NCBI GenBank assembly: GCA_951406725.2
Contig: OX597814.1
Coordinates: 195,176,001-195,240,000 of the forward strand
Direction of reading: 5' to 3'
Length of the DNA: 64,000 nucleotides
Origin: Octopus vulgaris
Lineage: Eukaryota
The first letter of the stretch is position 1. The number at the start of each line of letters is the position of its first letter. The notes beneath the pieces are model-generated. The model searched no databases. It saw only the letters and a program-made list of their open reading frames with translations, and was not told the origin of the DNA. Below are positions 1-12,090 of the stretch, piece after piece. A program made the position numbers and the translations under genes.

Positions 1-59
1 TGAGGAAAATTTCATTGGTAATCTTCAGTATTGTAGGAAAATATGCTCTCCCCCACATC

Positions 60-540
60 ACTGTAATTTCTTACATTTTGATCTTAAGAATCTTCCTATT
101 CTACGAATTGCCTTATATAACAAATTTAGCATCTTTGACATGCTTCATTCTTAAACAAACTTCTGATACATGGGCTCTGATTTCAAAACTCTGCCGCTTT
201 CGTCTCTTCTTAGGCAGATCCTGTTGATGTCACTGTTTCTGTGGAAGTTTCCGTTTGATGTCAGGATTTTGCGTGTTTTAATGTCCATGGAGTGGATTTC
301 CTCTACAGATCAGTCAAATATCTCAAACTTGGTATCAGCAAAAGTACTGCAGATGCATTGTGGGATATTGTAAGCTTCGATTGCCTTATAAACAATTATG
401 AACTTATTTTGAACACTTTTATGTAAACTTTTTAAACACAAAGCCTCTCTTAACATTTTCTTATCATTGCCAAAGACTCTATCACTGCATTTTAATACAT
501 CTATGCTCACTAATTTTTAACATCACAAAGCCTTCAACTT
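60..540 (-). pseudogene. Decayed R4/Dong-like non-LTR retrotransposon RT fragment
   Basis: Minus-strand translation D*SVEEIHSMDIKTRKILTSNGNFHRNSDINRICLRRDESGRVLKS aligns with WNMSEVKNIDRKIRKLLSCNRMHHPKADVDRLYLPRAQGGRGLIQ of the element at 17-25 kb. Contains stops; boundaries approximate. Confidence 0.65.
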
Positions 541-632
541 TACTTTTGAAAATGTTTTTTTAAAAAAAGTGTAAGTGGTCAAGTCAATAAATATCTTTAA
601 AAGACCCCTGCATTTTCAAATTCTCTTCCCTG

Positions 633-636
633 TATA

Positions 637-732
<96 letters not shown>
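633..732. repeat. (TA)n microsatellite
   Basis: Seen directly. Confidence 0.95.
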
Positions 733-734
<2 letters not shown>

Positions 735-1049
735 TAGATGGAGAAGTATGCATACACACACATATATATGATATATTGCATATATATATATATCTCGTTC
801 AGAGATATATTATATATATATAATCATATATATACGCCCATACACATATACACAGACATGTACATATAGACTCATAAATATATACGCATATCCGACCTTA
901 TTCACATATACATAGCTATGCATACTTACGTACATAGGTGCAGAGTTGAGTTAGATATACATATCAAGATATATATCCGTACACATACTTATATACAAAT
1001 ATATATGAACATATATATCCAGACAGACACGCATATACATTCTACATTC

Positions 1050-1093
<44 letters not shown>

Positions 1094-1347
1094 CATTTCT
1101 AATTTTGTAGTATTAATTTACGGTAATATTATTACCTTTGCCCATATAATACAATAGATGAACTGATTGTTTGGCAATTTTTAACATCTATGTATTAGTC
1201 TTGTTGGGTACCTATCTAGCAGTATATTGGATATATGTTATCCCATGGTGGGTTGAATTTTCAACCCCTATCTCATTTTATAACATATATATATATATAT
1301 ACATACATACACATATACACGAAGAAATCCATATATACATACGTATA

Positions 1348-1478
1348 TAGTCTTTGTGTGACACATGCCTTGGGGCCAGCTCTCCTTTGTGACATATGTC
1401 TTGGGGTTAGCTCTCTTTTGTGACATATTTTGGGGCCAGACCTCCTCCAGGTCCTGTATGCCTTAACTACATGATTAT
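1348..1478 (+). repeat. ~130 bp dispersed repeat with ~31-bp internal subrepeats, copy 1
   Basis: tagtctttgtgtgacacatgccttggggccagc...actacatgattat recurs at ~3106-3236. Confidence 0.85.
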
Positions 1479-1595
1479 ATATGTGTATAACATATATGTA
1501 TTCATAGTCATGCATACACACATAGACGGACAGTTACATAAACACACATAGATTGACAGGTATATACACTTATACACCTGTATACATATCCGTGT

Positions 1596-1962
1596 GAAGG
1601 CGCAATGGCGCAGTGGTTAGGGCAGTGGATTCGCGGTCGTAGGATCGTGGTTTCGCTTCTCAGACCACGCGTTGTGAGTTTTTATTGAGCGAAAACACCT
1701 GAAGCTCCACAAGGCCCGGCATGGGGTGGTGACGAACCCTGCTGTACTTTTTCTCTCTCTCTTTCTTCCTGTTTCTGTTGTACCTGTATTTCAAAGGGCC
1801 AGCCTTGTCAGACACTGTGTCACGCTGAATCTCCCCGAAAGTTACGTTAAGAGTACACTTGTCTGCGGAGTGCTCAGCCACTTGCATGTTAATTTCACGA
1901 GCAGGCTATTCCCGTTGATCGGATCAACTGGAACCCTCGTCGTCGTAACCGACGGAGTGCCA
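1596..1962 (+). mobile_element. tRNA-derived SINE, family 1
   Basis: Head ggcgcaatggcgcagtggttagggcag (A box) with a degenerate B box. Body is the reverse complement of 5548-5924. Confidence 0.8.
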
Positions 1963-2396
1963 TGACGTATCCGTACATACTCGCATATACATACCCATAC
2001 ATACACACATAGATAAAGAAGTACATACACACACACATACATATATCCAAGTATCCACTCATACTCACATTCACATATACACACATATACACATATACAC
2101 ACGCGCATACATACATGTGTACTTCGATGGACAGTTAAATCTACACATGTACATACATATTCATATATATATACATATTCATATATACATTTCCTTACAT
2201 AAACGTACACACACACATCCGCACACACACATACACAGACACACACACACACATAGACAGACAGACAGACAACCCTCCCCCACACAGATACATACACTGA
2301 CAGATACAGAAATACATAAAAATTTATGAAATTTAATTAGCGTTATTAGCAAGAACTCAATTTTCTTGAAAGCTCATTAACGAATAAATGCAAAAA

Positions 2397-2427
<31 letters not shown>

Positions 2428-2803
2428 AACACCAAACTAAGAATTAGAATTATATATATATATAAAAAAAAAAGGGGCTCCGAGTAATAAATAATTCTTA
2501 GCAGTGTTTCACACATTGCTCCCAGAATTCCTTATATTTATTGTTTTCTGGGGTTTTATGACTTGGGAAATTGTCAGGCTGGTTTTATAATTGTTATAGG
2601 AAGAATTGTTTTAAAAGTCAATTGTAACCCAAATTCATTCTAGCCATTCCCAGATCCAGCACTTTTGGTTATTGCGTTATTCACTGATGAGAGCTAATAA
2701 GCCGGAAACATGTCAACAGTTATCACAGTGTTGCAAAGATCAGATTCATTACCCACTACATTCTATCTTTAATTCTTTCTGTCTTTGACTCTGTTCGTCT
2801 GTT

Positions 2804-2842
<39 letters not shown>

Positions 2843-3105
2843 ATTTTCATGTTTATTTTACAAGTATCGGCGATCATAGCTCTTCATGCCAAAGCCCAAA
2901 GATCCTTGATTTTTCTTGGGAAAGAACCTGGGGAAAATATACAGAAGTGGTTATCTGTTTCCTATTGTCTGTATATTTAAGGTTTGCTTGTGCTAGTTCC
3001 CTCTGGTCGTCTCCTGTTTTTCTGAGTTTACCCTTAATGCATAGGGTCTATTTCCTTTTTAGGCTGGGGGACAGTTCATATGACATTAGGACACATCCAC
3101 ACACT

Positions 3106-3236
3106 AGTCTTTGTGTGACACATGCCTTGGGGCCAGCTCTCCTTTGTGACATATGCCTTGTGGTTAGCTCACTTTTGTGACATATTTTGGGGCCAGCCCT
3201 CCTCCAGGTCCTGTATGCCTTAACTACATGATTATC
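3106..3236 (+). repeat. ~130 bp dispersed repeat, copy 2
   Basis: Near-identical to 1348-1478. Confidence 0.85.
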
Positions 3237-3429
3237 TTTTGCTATTTGACCCATAATTGGGGCCCTTGACATGTAAAGCCTCTCCCGGACCCGAACAGAT
3301 TTTAGTTGTGATTAAGGGATAATTCATTATTCCTCCAAATTCGAACTCTCGAGCTGGGGCCTCATCACCGGATGTAGTTTCATACCTTGCCCAGAAGATA
3401 TAATTTATTTTTGCTATTTTCAAATCGGG

Positions 3430-3728
3430 AGTTATCTCTCCTACATTTCTTGACCAGAATTAATTATTGTATTACAGCTATATTCACCCCATTGCAGTTA
3501 TACTGTTCGGAATGAGGCAATTGGGTGCGGTTGTTTGACCATTGGCGATTTGGCACGGCTGGAAGTACATTCAGCCAGTTTTGGCAACGGTATGTTTTAA
3601 CGATGGAGGCAAACACACGTATGCACAAACACACATAAACACACACAAACACACACACAAACACACACACACACATCACACAACACACACACTCACACAA
3701 ACACACATCCTGCTTTTATATATACAGA
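3430..3728 (-). mobile_element. Possible non-autonomous Helitron-like fragment (5' end)
   Basis: Minus strand reads A|TCTGTATATATAAAAGCAGG followed by a (TG)n tract, as in non-autonomous Helitron 5' ends. 3' end not identified. Confidence 0.35.
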
Positions 3729-3852
3729 TTAAGGGATAATTCATTATTCTTCCAAACTGTACACGCACGCACACACACACACACACACGCACACACATAC
3801 ATGCACGCACATATATACACGTAAGCACGTGTAGAAGCACACACATCAACTA

Positions 3853-3970
3853 AAGAGAGAGAGAGAGAGAGAGATTGATAGAGATAGAAAGAGAGACTGA
3901 GAGAGAGAGATATGAAGAGAGATAGGGAGAGAGGGAGAGAGTGAGAGAGATGAAGAGAGAGAAAGCGCGC

Positions 3971-4006
<36 letters not shown>

Positions 4007-4019
4007 TGAAGAGAGAGAA

Positions 4020-4078
<59 letters not shown>

Positions 4079-4092
4079 AAGAGATGGAGAGA
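3853..4092. repeat. (AG)n microsatellite / purine tract
   Basis: Seen directly. Confidence 0.95.
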
Positions 4093-4469
4093 GGTGCAGC
4101 AGAGAACGAGAGAAGCATTAAAACTTCTGATGTCAAATAAATTAGCGTCGAATCTGCGACGCCAAATAAGCGGCACCAAACGGCTGTTCTAAAGCATTTC
4201 ATATCCACAAAGTTAACGAATTAAAACTTCTTAACTCATTAGAATAAGTATGTTAACTTTCTCACTAGGGATATGCAGTTAATTAATTAAAATTTCTTAG
4301 CTCATTATATTATATATGTTAACTTCCTCACTACTGGCGTATGGTTAATTAATTAAAACTGTTTAGCTGATTACGTTAAGTGTGTAACGGCTACCATTAT
4401 ACTAGAAGATGGAGGTAGATTGTTTCTTAATGGAACCACGTTCTTATCATTATGGTGATGCTGTAGTGA

Positions 4470-5250
4470 AGGCGGCGAGCTTGGCAGAATCGTTAGCACG
4501 CCGGGCATAAAGCTTAGCGGTATTTCGTCTGCCATCACGTTCTGAGTTCAAATTCCGCCGAGGTCGACTTTGCCTTTCATCCTTTCGTGATCGATAAATT
4601 AAGTACCAGTTACGCACTGGGGTCGATGTAATTGACTTAATCCGTTTGTCTGTCCTTGTTTGTCCCCTCTGTGTTTAGCCCCTTGTGGGTAGTAAAGAAA
4701 TAGGTATTTCGTCTGCCGTTACATTCTGAGTTCAAATTCCGCCGAGGCCGACTTTACCTTTCATCCTTTCGGGGTCGATAAATTAAGTAGCATTTACGCA
4801 CTGGGGTCGATATAATCGACTTAATCCGTTTGTCTGTTCTTGTTTGTCCTCTCTGTGTTTAGCCCCTTGTGGATAGAAAAGAAATAGGTATTTCGTCTAC
4901 CGTTACGTTCTGAGGCCGACTTTGCTTTTCAATCCTTTCGGGGTCGATCAATTAAGTAGCATTTACGCACGGGGGTCGATGTAATCGACTTAATCCGTTT
5001 GTCTGTCCTTGTTTGTCCCTTCTATGTTTAGCTCCTTATGGGAAACAAAGAAATAAGAATCGTTACCACGCCGGGCGAAATACTTAGCTGTATTTCGTCT
5101 TTCTTTACGTTCCGAGTTCAAATTCCGCCGAGGTCGACTTTGCCTTTCATCCTTTCGGGGTCGATAAATTAAGTACCAGTTGCGTACTGGGGTCGCTCTA
5201 ATCAACTGGCCTCTTCCCACCAAATTTAAGGCCTTGTGCCTATGGTAAAA
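4470..5250 (+). mobile_element. Tandem cluster of ~4 copies of SINE family 2
   Basis: Repeated gagttcaaattccgccgaggtcgactttgcctttcatcctttcggggtcgataaattaagtaccag core with A-box-like tggcagaatcgttag and B box gagttcaaat. The core resembles Meta/Sauria-SINE central domains, from memory. Confidence 0.85.
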
Positions 5251-5547
5251 AAAGCATTATGTTGATGCTGTAGTTGTTGCATAATTGCAGGTCAGCTCCA
5301 ACTGGAAAGACATAATATCGAAGGCGCTTCAAATATGACCATTCCAAACAAAATATATCCATAACTACATAATCCAACTGGTCCCTTGAAGTGTGAGTGA
5401 GGTTCAGCTGCGGTCTCTAGCAGATCCAGGTTATTTATTGGCTCGTCTTATCAGTGTGACGTGGTACAATGTGTATAAACCTTGCATTTAATAACTTTTA
5501 CTAGAAAAATATAATACTTCCTCTGCACCCCACCGCCTCTGTGGGAA

Positions 5548-5924
5548 GCACTCCGTCGGTGACGACGACGAGGGTTCCGGTTGATCCGATCAACGGAACA
5601 GCCTGCTCGTGAAATTAACGTGTAAGTGGCTGAGCACTCCACAGACACGTGCACCCTTAACGTAGTTCTCGGGGATATTCAGCGTGACACAGAGAGTGAC
5701 AAGGCCGGTCCTTTGAAATACAGGTACAACAGAAACAGGAAGAAAGAGTGAGAGAAAGTTGTGGTGAAAGAGTACAGCAGGGATCACCGCCATCCCTGCC
5801 GGAGCCTCGTGGAGCTTTTAGGTGTTTTCGCTCAATAAACACTCACAACGCCCGGTCTGGGAATCGAAACCGCGATCCTACGACCGCGAGTCCGCTGCCC
5901 TAACCACTGGGCCATTGCGCCTCC
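5548..5924 (-). mobile_element. tRNA-derived SINE, family 1
   Basis: Reverse complement begins ggaggcgcaatggcccagtggttagggcagcggactcgcggtcgtaggatcgcggtttcgattccc (A and B boxes). Homologous to 1596-1962. Confidence 0.85.
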
Positions 5925-6046
5925 TGCCTCTGTATAAACCTACGTACTAGATATACAAGCATGTCAAGTTTAGTTACTCCTGTGCAGACTGAAGAAAAAA
6001 TTATCAACAGCATTATTCGATTTTTGATCCTTATAGGGGTCTCATC

Positions 6047-6472
6047 CAGGGCCGGATTAAGACCCATCGAGGCCCTAAGCACTTAAAAGATTTTTGGTGC
6101 CCCTATAAAAAATTATGTAATTCAAAATATAAACAGTAACAAGCCATAAAATAAATTTTTGCTTTTCAAAACGAAACAAAACAGTAAGAGGGAAAATAAT
6201 GTTTACTTTTGTATACTTCCACTTTTTTTTATATTTGAAAAGTTTCCTCCTACTTTTTTTAATTGCAAAGTCTTTGATCAGATCCTCTAAATTAATCTTA
6301 TGTAACACATCTGCAGCTATACTTAGTAGAGATAAAGGCATCCCGAATATTATTTTAGCAAGTTTAAAGTGATTTCTTTTGTGCTGCAGACAATTTACCA
6401 TTTCTGTGGTGCCCTACTTCCCTTTGATGCCCTACACACAGGCTTTTCGGCTTAATGGTTAATCCAGCACTG
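6047..6472 (-). mobile_element. Non-autonomous hAT element with transposase C-terminal remnant
   Basis: TIRs CAGGGCCGGATTAA ... TTAATCCAGCACTG. Minus frame LSLLSIAADVLHKINLEDLIKDFAIKKSRRK resembles the end of the hAT dimerization domain. No clean 8-bp TSD. Confidence 0.75.
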
Positions 6473-6542
6473 AAAGGAGAGGGGAAGGACAAGAAAAGTG
6501 TTATCGATCTGTGTATGTGTGTGTAAATTAGTAGCCTGGGGT

Positions 6543-6921
6543 CAGGGCTGGATTAAGTCCCATCGAGGCCCTCAGCACTTAAAAGATTTTAGTACCCCCA
6601 TAAAAGATTATGTAATTCAAAATATAAACAAACAAAATATAAACAATAACAAACAAGACAAAACAAAACAGTGTGAGGGGATATAAAGTTCAGTTTTGTA
6701 TACTTCCATTTTATTTATATTTGAGAAGTTCCCTCCTATTTTTTTTAAATTGCAAAGTTTTTGGTCAGATCCTCAAAATTAATCTCAGGTAACACGTCTG
6801 CATCTATACTTAGTAGAGATAAAGGCATTCCAAATATTATTTTAGCAAGTTTAAAGTGATTTCTTTTGTGCCGTAAACCATTTACTATTTCTGTGGTGCC
6901 CTCCTCCTTCCCTTGATGCCC
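6543..6921 (-). mobile_element. Second, truncated copy of the same hAT element
   Basis: Starts cagggctggattaagtcccatcgaggccc and is colinear with 6047-6435. Right TIR missing. Confidence 0.75.
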
Positions 6922-7559
6922 TTTGTTCTGTTTTCACTCTCGTAATTCTATCTCTTTGTATTTTCTACTTTCTATATTTGCCTAACGACATTTTCTTTAA
7001 GTGAAAATCTTTGACAATATTTCGTTTTTGTATTCATGATGTGAACTTGTGTGTTGAAACAGATTGACTTATATGTCGAGAGGATCATCTTGCCAATGAT
7101 AGATCTGAAGCAGATCTGGAGTTGAGAGGTCACGTCATTGATGGGATCGCGAATGGCAACGAAAGGACTTTGACAAATCTAGCTGACTGATTGACTGAAC
7201 GGATTAATCAAACAATCGATTAAAATATAAAGTAATTGTCTAATAATGATAAAAGAAGTGAAATAAAACCAGTGCGTGAGCTCATTATTAGCAGAACGAC
7301 CCTCCCAAGATAGAATAAACTTTGACCATAACAATACAACATGTGTGGATTGGCATATTCTAGAATTTTCTTGTAGCATCAACCTGAGATTCTTTGTTGT
7401 GTATCATGATTTATTTGTGTATAATTCTAACATAATCCTAACAGAGATTCCATTGAACGAATCTTTCAAACCTGACATGTATATATTTACTCCGTTGTCG
7501 CCATAATGTCTTTCCTTTCTTCATATCCGTCACACATTCCGCCATTACTTTTGACTTGT

Positions 7560-7680
7560 ACTTTACTTTATCGACCCCGAAAGGATGAAAAACAAAGTCG
7601 ACCACGGAATTTGAACTCAGAATATAAAGAAGCGGAGGAAATGCTGATAAGCTGTTAGTTCGACGCGCTAACGATTTGCC
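7560..7680 (-). mobile_element. SINE family 2 fragment
   Basis: ttatcgaccccgaaaggatgaaaaacaaagtcgac...ggaatttgaactcag is the reverse complement of the family-2 core. Confidence 0.7.
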
Positions 7681-7883
7681 GGCTCGGTATCTTTTAGTTA
7701 TATAAAAATTTATATGCATTGCTGGAAAATTATGAAGGTTTTGTAGTTTTAGTACATTAAGGGGTTAAAGTTAATTTAGAGAGAGAAAAAAAAAGTGAAC
7801 AGTATCGCTCGTATATCACATTGCAGTTTAATAAACAACGTACAGCTATTAAAAAAAAGAAACAAAAAAATAACAGGAAGGCC

Positions 7884-7907
7884 TGCCGTGACTAGGATTC
7901 GAACCTG
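7884..7907 (-). pseudogene. tRNA-His 3' fragment (B box + acceptor strand)
   Basis: tgccgtgactaggattcgaacctg only. Confidence 0.8.
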
Positions 7908-8074
7908 TGAAGGCACAGTAGTAGTATTAGTGCATTAAGGGGTGTAAAGTTAATTTAGAGAGAAAAAAAAGTGACACAAATAACTAGAACAGTATCGCTC
8001 GTATATCACATTGCAACTTGATAAACAATGTACAGCTCTTAAAAAGAATATAAAAAAAAAAGTAACGGAAGGCC

Positions 8075-8098
8075 TGCCGTGACTAGGATTCGAACCTG
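8075..8098 (-). pseudogene. tRNA-His 3' fragment
   Basis: tgccgtgactaggattcgaacctg only. Confidence 0.8.
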
Positions 8099-8262
8099 TG
8101 AAGGCACAGTAGTAGTATTAGTACATTAAAGGGTGTAAAGTTAATTTACAAAAAAAAATGTGACACAAATAACTTGAGCAGTATCGCTCGTATATCATAT
8201 TGCAACTTAATAAACAAATGTACAGCTCTTAAAAAAAATAACATAAAAAGTAACGGAAGGCC

Positions 8263-8334
8263 TGCCGTGACCAGGATTCGAACCTGGGTTACCACGGCCA
8301 CAACGTGGGGTCCTAACCACTAGACGATCACGGC
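8263..8334 (-). tRNA. trnH-GUG: tRNA-His(GTG), consensus
   Basis: 72-nt cloverleaf, anticodon loop TTGTGGC, A/B boxes, downstream T run; A at -1. Confidence 0.97.
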
Positions 8335-9231
8335 TACTAGGCCAACCGGCGATGACACTCTGAATTAACCCATATCTAGGAAGCGTAAACTACTGTCAGT
8401 TCAGCGTTTGTTTGTTCAGCTTCTGTTTGACAACTTCGTAAGTTTTCTCGTAATTGCTATGAAAATTGTTTGTTTTACTAAAGACAAAAGACAGAAATAT
8501 TTCACACATAACCTGCTCTCTCGAACAAAGAAAGGTCAATACAGGACAGGCAGATTTACTTTAATCATACCTAAGGACACAGACTGGGATAAATTCTCAC
8601 GAATATTTTTTTTCTGTCTCACGATCATCTAGTTTTTTTCTTTTAAGGTGAAGTGTGTCAAGGACTACATTTATTTTAGATACAAACGTCTCCTTGAAAA
8701 ATTTTAGACAATACGGTTTAGTTTAAAGAAGATTGCGCTACTATTTCTAGCAGTACACGCATCCACGTGGGAACTCACATCTGCTCGGCAATAAGGAGAA
8801 TATTATAATTAGCCAATTACTTCTATCGTTATTTATCAGCTAGTTTCAAAGCTTTTAGAAAAATTTTAAATGTTGTTTCTAACTTTACATTGAAGTCATA
8901 AATATTTTATGTTAACATTAAAGCGATTTTATAGCGAAATATATAGCTGTTTACGTCTTTTAATTTCGTTTAATAATGAAGTGTGATGGACATTTCGAAA
9001 GCAATACTATTATCGCTATATCAATATCATTATACGAATCAAAATATATTTTTATTTTGATACAATTACCAAGTGTTTATTTATAAAGGGTCAAGTATTT
9101 ATTATATACATAACAAACAATAAATTATAGAAGCAAAAAATAAAAATAAAAAAGCTGTTAAAGGGAAATAACTCGTAATTAACTATTTACCTATTATTTC
9201 CCCTGAAAATATAAAACTTAATTTTCCTACT

Positions 9232-9614
9232 TTACTCTCCTTTACTCTTCTACTTGTTTCAGTCATTTTGACTGCGGCTATGCTGGAGCATCACATTTAG
9301 TCGGGCAAATCGACCCCAGGACTTATTCTTGGGAAGCCTAGTACTTATTCTATCGTTTTTTTGCCGAACCGCTAAGTTACGGGTACGTAAACACACCAGC
9401 ATCGGTTGTCAAGCGATGTTGGGGGACAAACACAGACACACAAACACACACATACACATATATATACATATACATATATACGATGGGCTTCTTTCAGTTT
9501 CCGTCTACCAAATTTACTCACAAGGCTTTGGTCGACCCGAGGCTATAGTAGAAGACGCTTGCCCAAGGAGCCATGCAGTGGGACTGAACCCGGAACCATG
9601 TGGTTGGTAAGCAA
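9232..9614 (-). mobile_element. tRNA-derived SINE family 3, body (head displaced to 10882-10953)
   Basis: tacttgtttcagtcattttgactgcggc...ccgctaagttacgg...gcagtgggactgaacccggaaccatgtggttggtaagcaa. Related pieces at 12713-13190, ~15200 and ~19045. Confidence 0.8.
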
Positions 9615-9779
9615 AAGCAGAGTCATGATCACTACTAGAAAAACTTTGAAGTCTAAAATTATATATAAAAGTAATACAAACAACTTGAACAGGGTGTCGC
9701 TGTGATATCACATTGCAGTAAAATAAGAAAATCAATAAATAAGTGGAAAAAATATATGAAAAAAAAAGTGAAACTAAGC

Positions 9780-9851
9780 TGCCTTGACCAGGATTCGAAC
9801 CCGGGTTACCACGGCCACAACGTGCGGTCCTAACCACTAGACGATCACGGC
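9780..9851 (-). tRNA. trnH-GUG: tRNA-His(GTG) variant, 3 substitutions, possibly pseudogene
   Basis: Anticodon stem GCACG (mismatch), T stem CCGGG (wobble), acceptor TCAAGGC (mismatch). Confidence 0.7.
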
Positions 9852-9993
9852 TAACAGATCCGCTACTACGTTAGTCTTTAAATTATCTATGTCTAGAACA
9901 AACAAACTAATTAACTTTTGTCAGGTTAGTTAATTGTCTTTGTTTCTTTTAGATATACGTAATATAAAACTTGTTTTACAAGCAGGCGTGTTA

Positions 9994-10065
9994 GCCGTGA
10001 TCGTCTAGTGGTTAGGACCCCACGTTGTGGCCGTGGTAACCCAGGTTCGAATCCTGGTCACGGCA
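9994..10065 (+). tRNA. trnH-GUG: tRNA-His(GTG), consensus
   Basis: Exact consensus; T run terminator from 10075. Confidence 0.97.
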
Positions 10066-10200
10066 CGTCATCTCTTTTTTTTCTTTTTTAGTAATCTACA
10101 ATGTGATATCGCAGTGATATCTGTTTAAGTTCTTTGTTTCTTTTATTGACTCCAGTTTCCTAGTTTGTCTGAAGATTGCTTTCGTTGTGTTTGGAGAATA

Positions 10201-10481
10201 TTTGGCATTCCTTCGATATAACTCGACAAAATCAAAACATTTCACTTCGAGTATTTCCGTGGGTTGTGGAGTATAGATGTAATGAAATTATGCCAGCAAT
10301 GTCTCATTTTAAACTTGAAGGAAAAAAAGCCTTACATATTTGTTCCTACCCGTTTCATGCGTGTATGTAAAATCCGCAAATTTCCCAAGCAGAAAACAGA
10401 ATCGAACTGTCATTTGCATCCACGGAAATACCCGAAGTGAAATGCTTTGATTTTGTCGAGTTATATCGAAAGAATGCCGAA
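10201..10481. mobile_element. ~280 bp MITE with ~60-bp TIRs
   Basis: ggcattccttcgatataactcgacaaaatcaaaacatttcacttcg ... cgaagtgaaatgctttgattttgtcgagttatatcgaaagaatgcc. Confidence 0.75.
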
Positions 10482-10881
10482 TATTTTTATTTCTTCTTTT
10501 TTTTTTATTTTCTTCATAAAAGACAAATACGAGGTTTGTCAGGCAATAAGAGGTTGTCTTTTCGTCCCTTGATCAACGCTAATCGAGCAGACCTATGATG
10601 AAGTCGTGACTGTCAGTATTTTGTATTGATGTATAGTTATCCCTGTAGATATTCTATTGAATTTAGATCCAGCACTAAAAGTTAACGACGTTTCGTACAC
10701 GAATACGTATATATAGACAATGCGTTCGAAGAAGGGGCAATCACTCCCGATATATATATATACCGTAAATCCTCGAGTATAATGCGCATTTTTTTCCCAA
10801 AATTTAAATGTCAAAATCCTTAGTGCTTACTATTTACGAGGTTAAAATGAAAATATTTTTCTAAGCAATATCCGAGTCTCT

Positions 10882-10953
10882 ATGCAGTGGGACTGAACCC
10901 GGAACCATGTGGTTGGTAAGCAAGCTACTTACCACGCAGCCACTCCTGCGCCT
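10882..10953 (-). mobile_element. SINE family 3 tRNA-like head
   Basis: Reverse complement aggcgcaggagtggctgcgtggtaagtagcttgcttaccaaccacatggttccgggttcagtcccactgcat (A and B boxes). Confidence 0.8.
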
Positions 10954-10992
10954 ACATAAAAGTTTTACCCCGAAGTTCCTGAATTTGGATTA

Positions 10993-11171
10993 CCATATTT
11001 TAACGTGTATAAGGAACCCTCGTGTATGAGGAATACCCTAATTTGGGGGCTTAAAATTTGGAAAAAAGGTTTTGTAAGGGATTATAATACTATCCATGTA
11101 TAAGAAACTCCCACATTTTTAAACCTAATTTTTGACAAAAAATAAGTTCCTTTATACACGTTAAAATACGG
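10993..11171. mobile_element. 179-bp Tc/mariner (Tc2/pogo-like) MITE
   Basis: TA|CCATATTTTAACGTGTATAAGGAAC ... GTTCCTTTATACACGTTAAAATACGG|TA: TIRs with TA target duplication. Confidence 0.8.
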
Positions 11172-11419
11172 TACAGCATGTTTTAGCTTGGGGTTACCAC
11201 TATAACGAAGTATTGAGTGAATGAGGAAGTGTTGGAATGAAATACATATGACTTGAGGTTGAAAATGAACTGGTAAGCGACGATTTATTCTCCGTTATAA
11301 AATACAATGATTGCTATACAGGAAATAAAATAACATAACAGGTTACAACAAAGATGTGTGAGAGACTTCGTGGTTAGGCTGAACTGTTGATATTGTAGAT
11401 AAAGTTGACGTACTGTTTG

Positions 11420-12090
11420 GTGGTGGTAGAACCGTTAGCACGCCGGGCGAAATGCTTAGTGGTGTTTCGTCTGCCGTTACGTTCTGAGTTCAAATTCCGC
11501 CGAGGTCGACTTTGCCTTTCATCCTTTCGGGGTCGATAAATTAAGTACCAGTTACGCACTGGGGTCGATATAAATCGACTTAATCCGTTTGTCTGTCCTT
11601 GTTTGTCCCCTCTATGTTTAGCCCCTTGTGGGTAATAAAGAAATGGATATTGTAGATAAAATTGACGTACTGTTTGGTGGTGGCAGAAACGTTAGCACGT
11701 CAGGCGAAATGCTAAGCGGTATTTCGTCTGCCGTTACGTTGTGAGTTCAAATTCTGCCGAGGTCGACTTTGCCTTTCATCCTTTCGGGGGTCGATAAATT
11801 AAGTACCAGTTACGCACTGGGGTTGATGTAATCGACTTAATCCGTTTGTCTGTCCTTGTTTGTCTCCTCTGTGTTTAGCCCCTTGTGGGCAGTAAAGAAA
11901 TAGGTATTTCGTCTGCCGTTACGTTCTGAGTTCAAATTTCGCCGAGGTCGATTTTGCCTTTCATCCTTTCGGAGTCGATAAATTAAGTAGCAGTTACGCA
12001 CTGGGTCGATATAAATCGACTTAATCCGTTTGTCTGTCCTTGTTTGTCCTCTCTGTGTTTAGCCCCTTGTGGGTAGTAAAGAAATAGGTA
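11420..12090 (+). mobile_element. Tandem of 3 SINE family 2 copies
   Basis: Family-2 core repeated at ~11485, ~11745 and ~11930. Confidence 0.85.

Larger units (their letters stand above)
7733..8286 (-). repeat. 3x ~190 bp tandem repeat of the tRNA-His 3' end plus downstream flank
   Basis: Units start tgaagg at 7733, 7908 and 8099 and end tgccgtgac(t/c)aggattcgaacctg. The third runs into the intact gene. Confidence 0.85.
9615..10881 (-). repeat. Inverted copy of the tRNA-His pair unit
   Basis: Reverse complement of ~15575-16850. Flanked by identical 42-mers at 9573-9614 and 10882-10923. Confidence 0.9.

Noticed and set aside
5850-5924. SINE heads as additional real tRNA genes (also 1596, 10882, 18831)
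   Set aside because: They have A/B boxes but no complete acceptor stem, and they continue into repeat bodies or simple-repeat tails.
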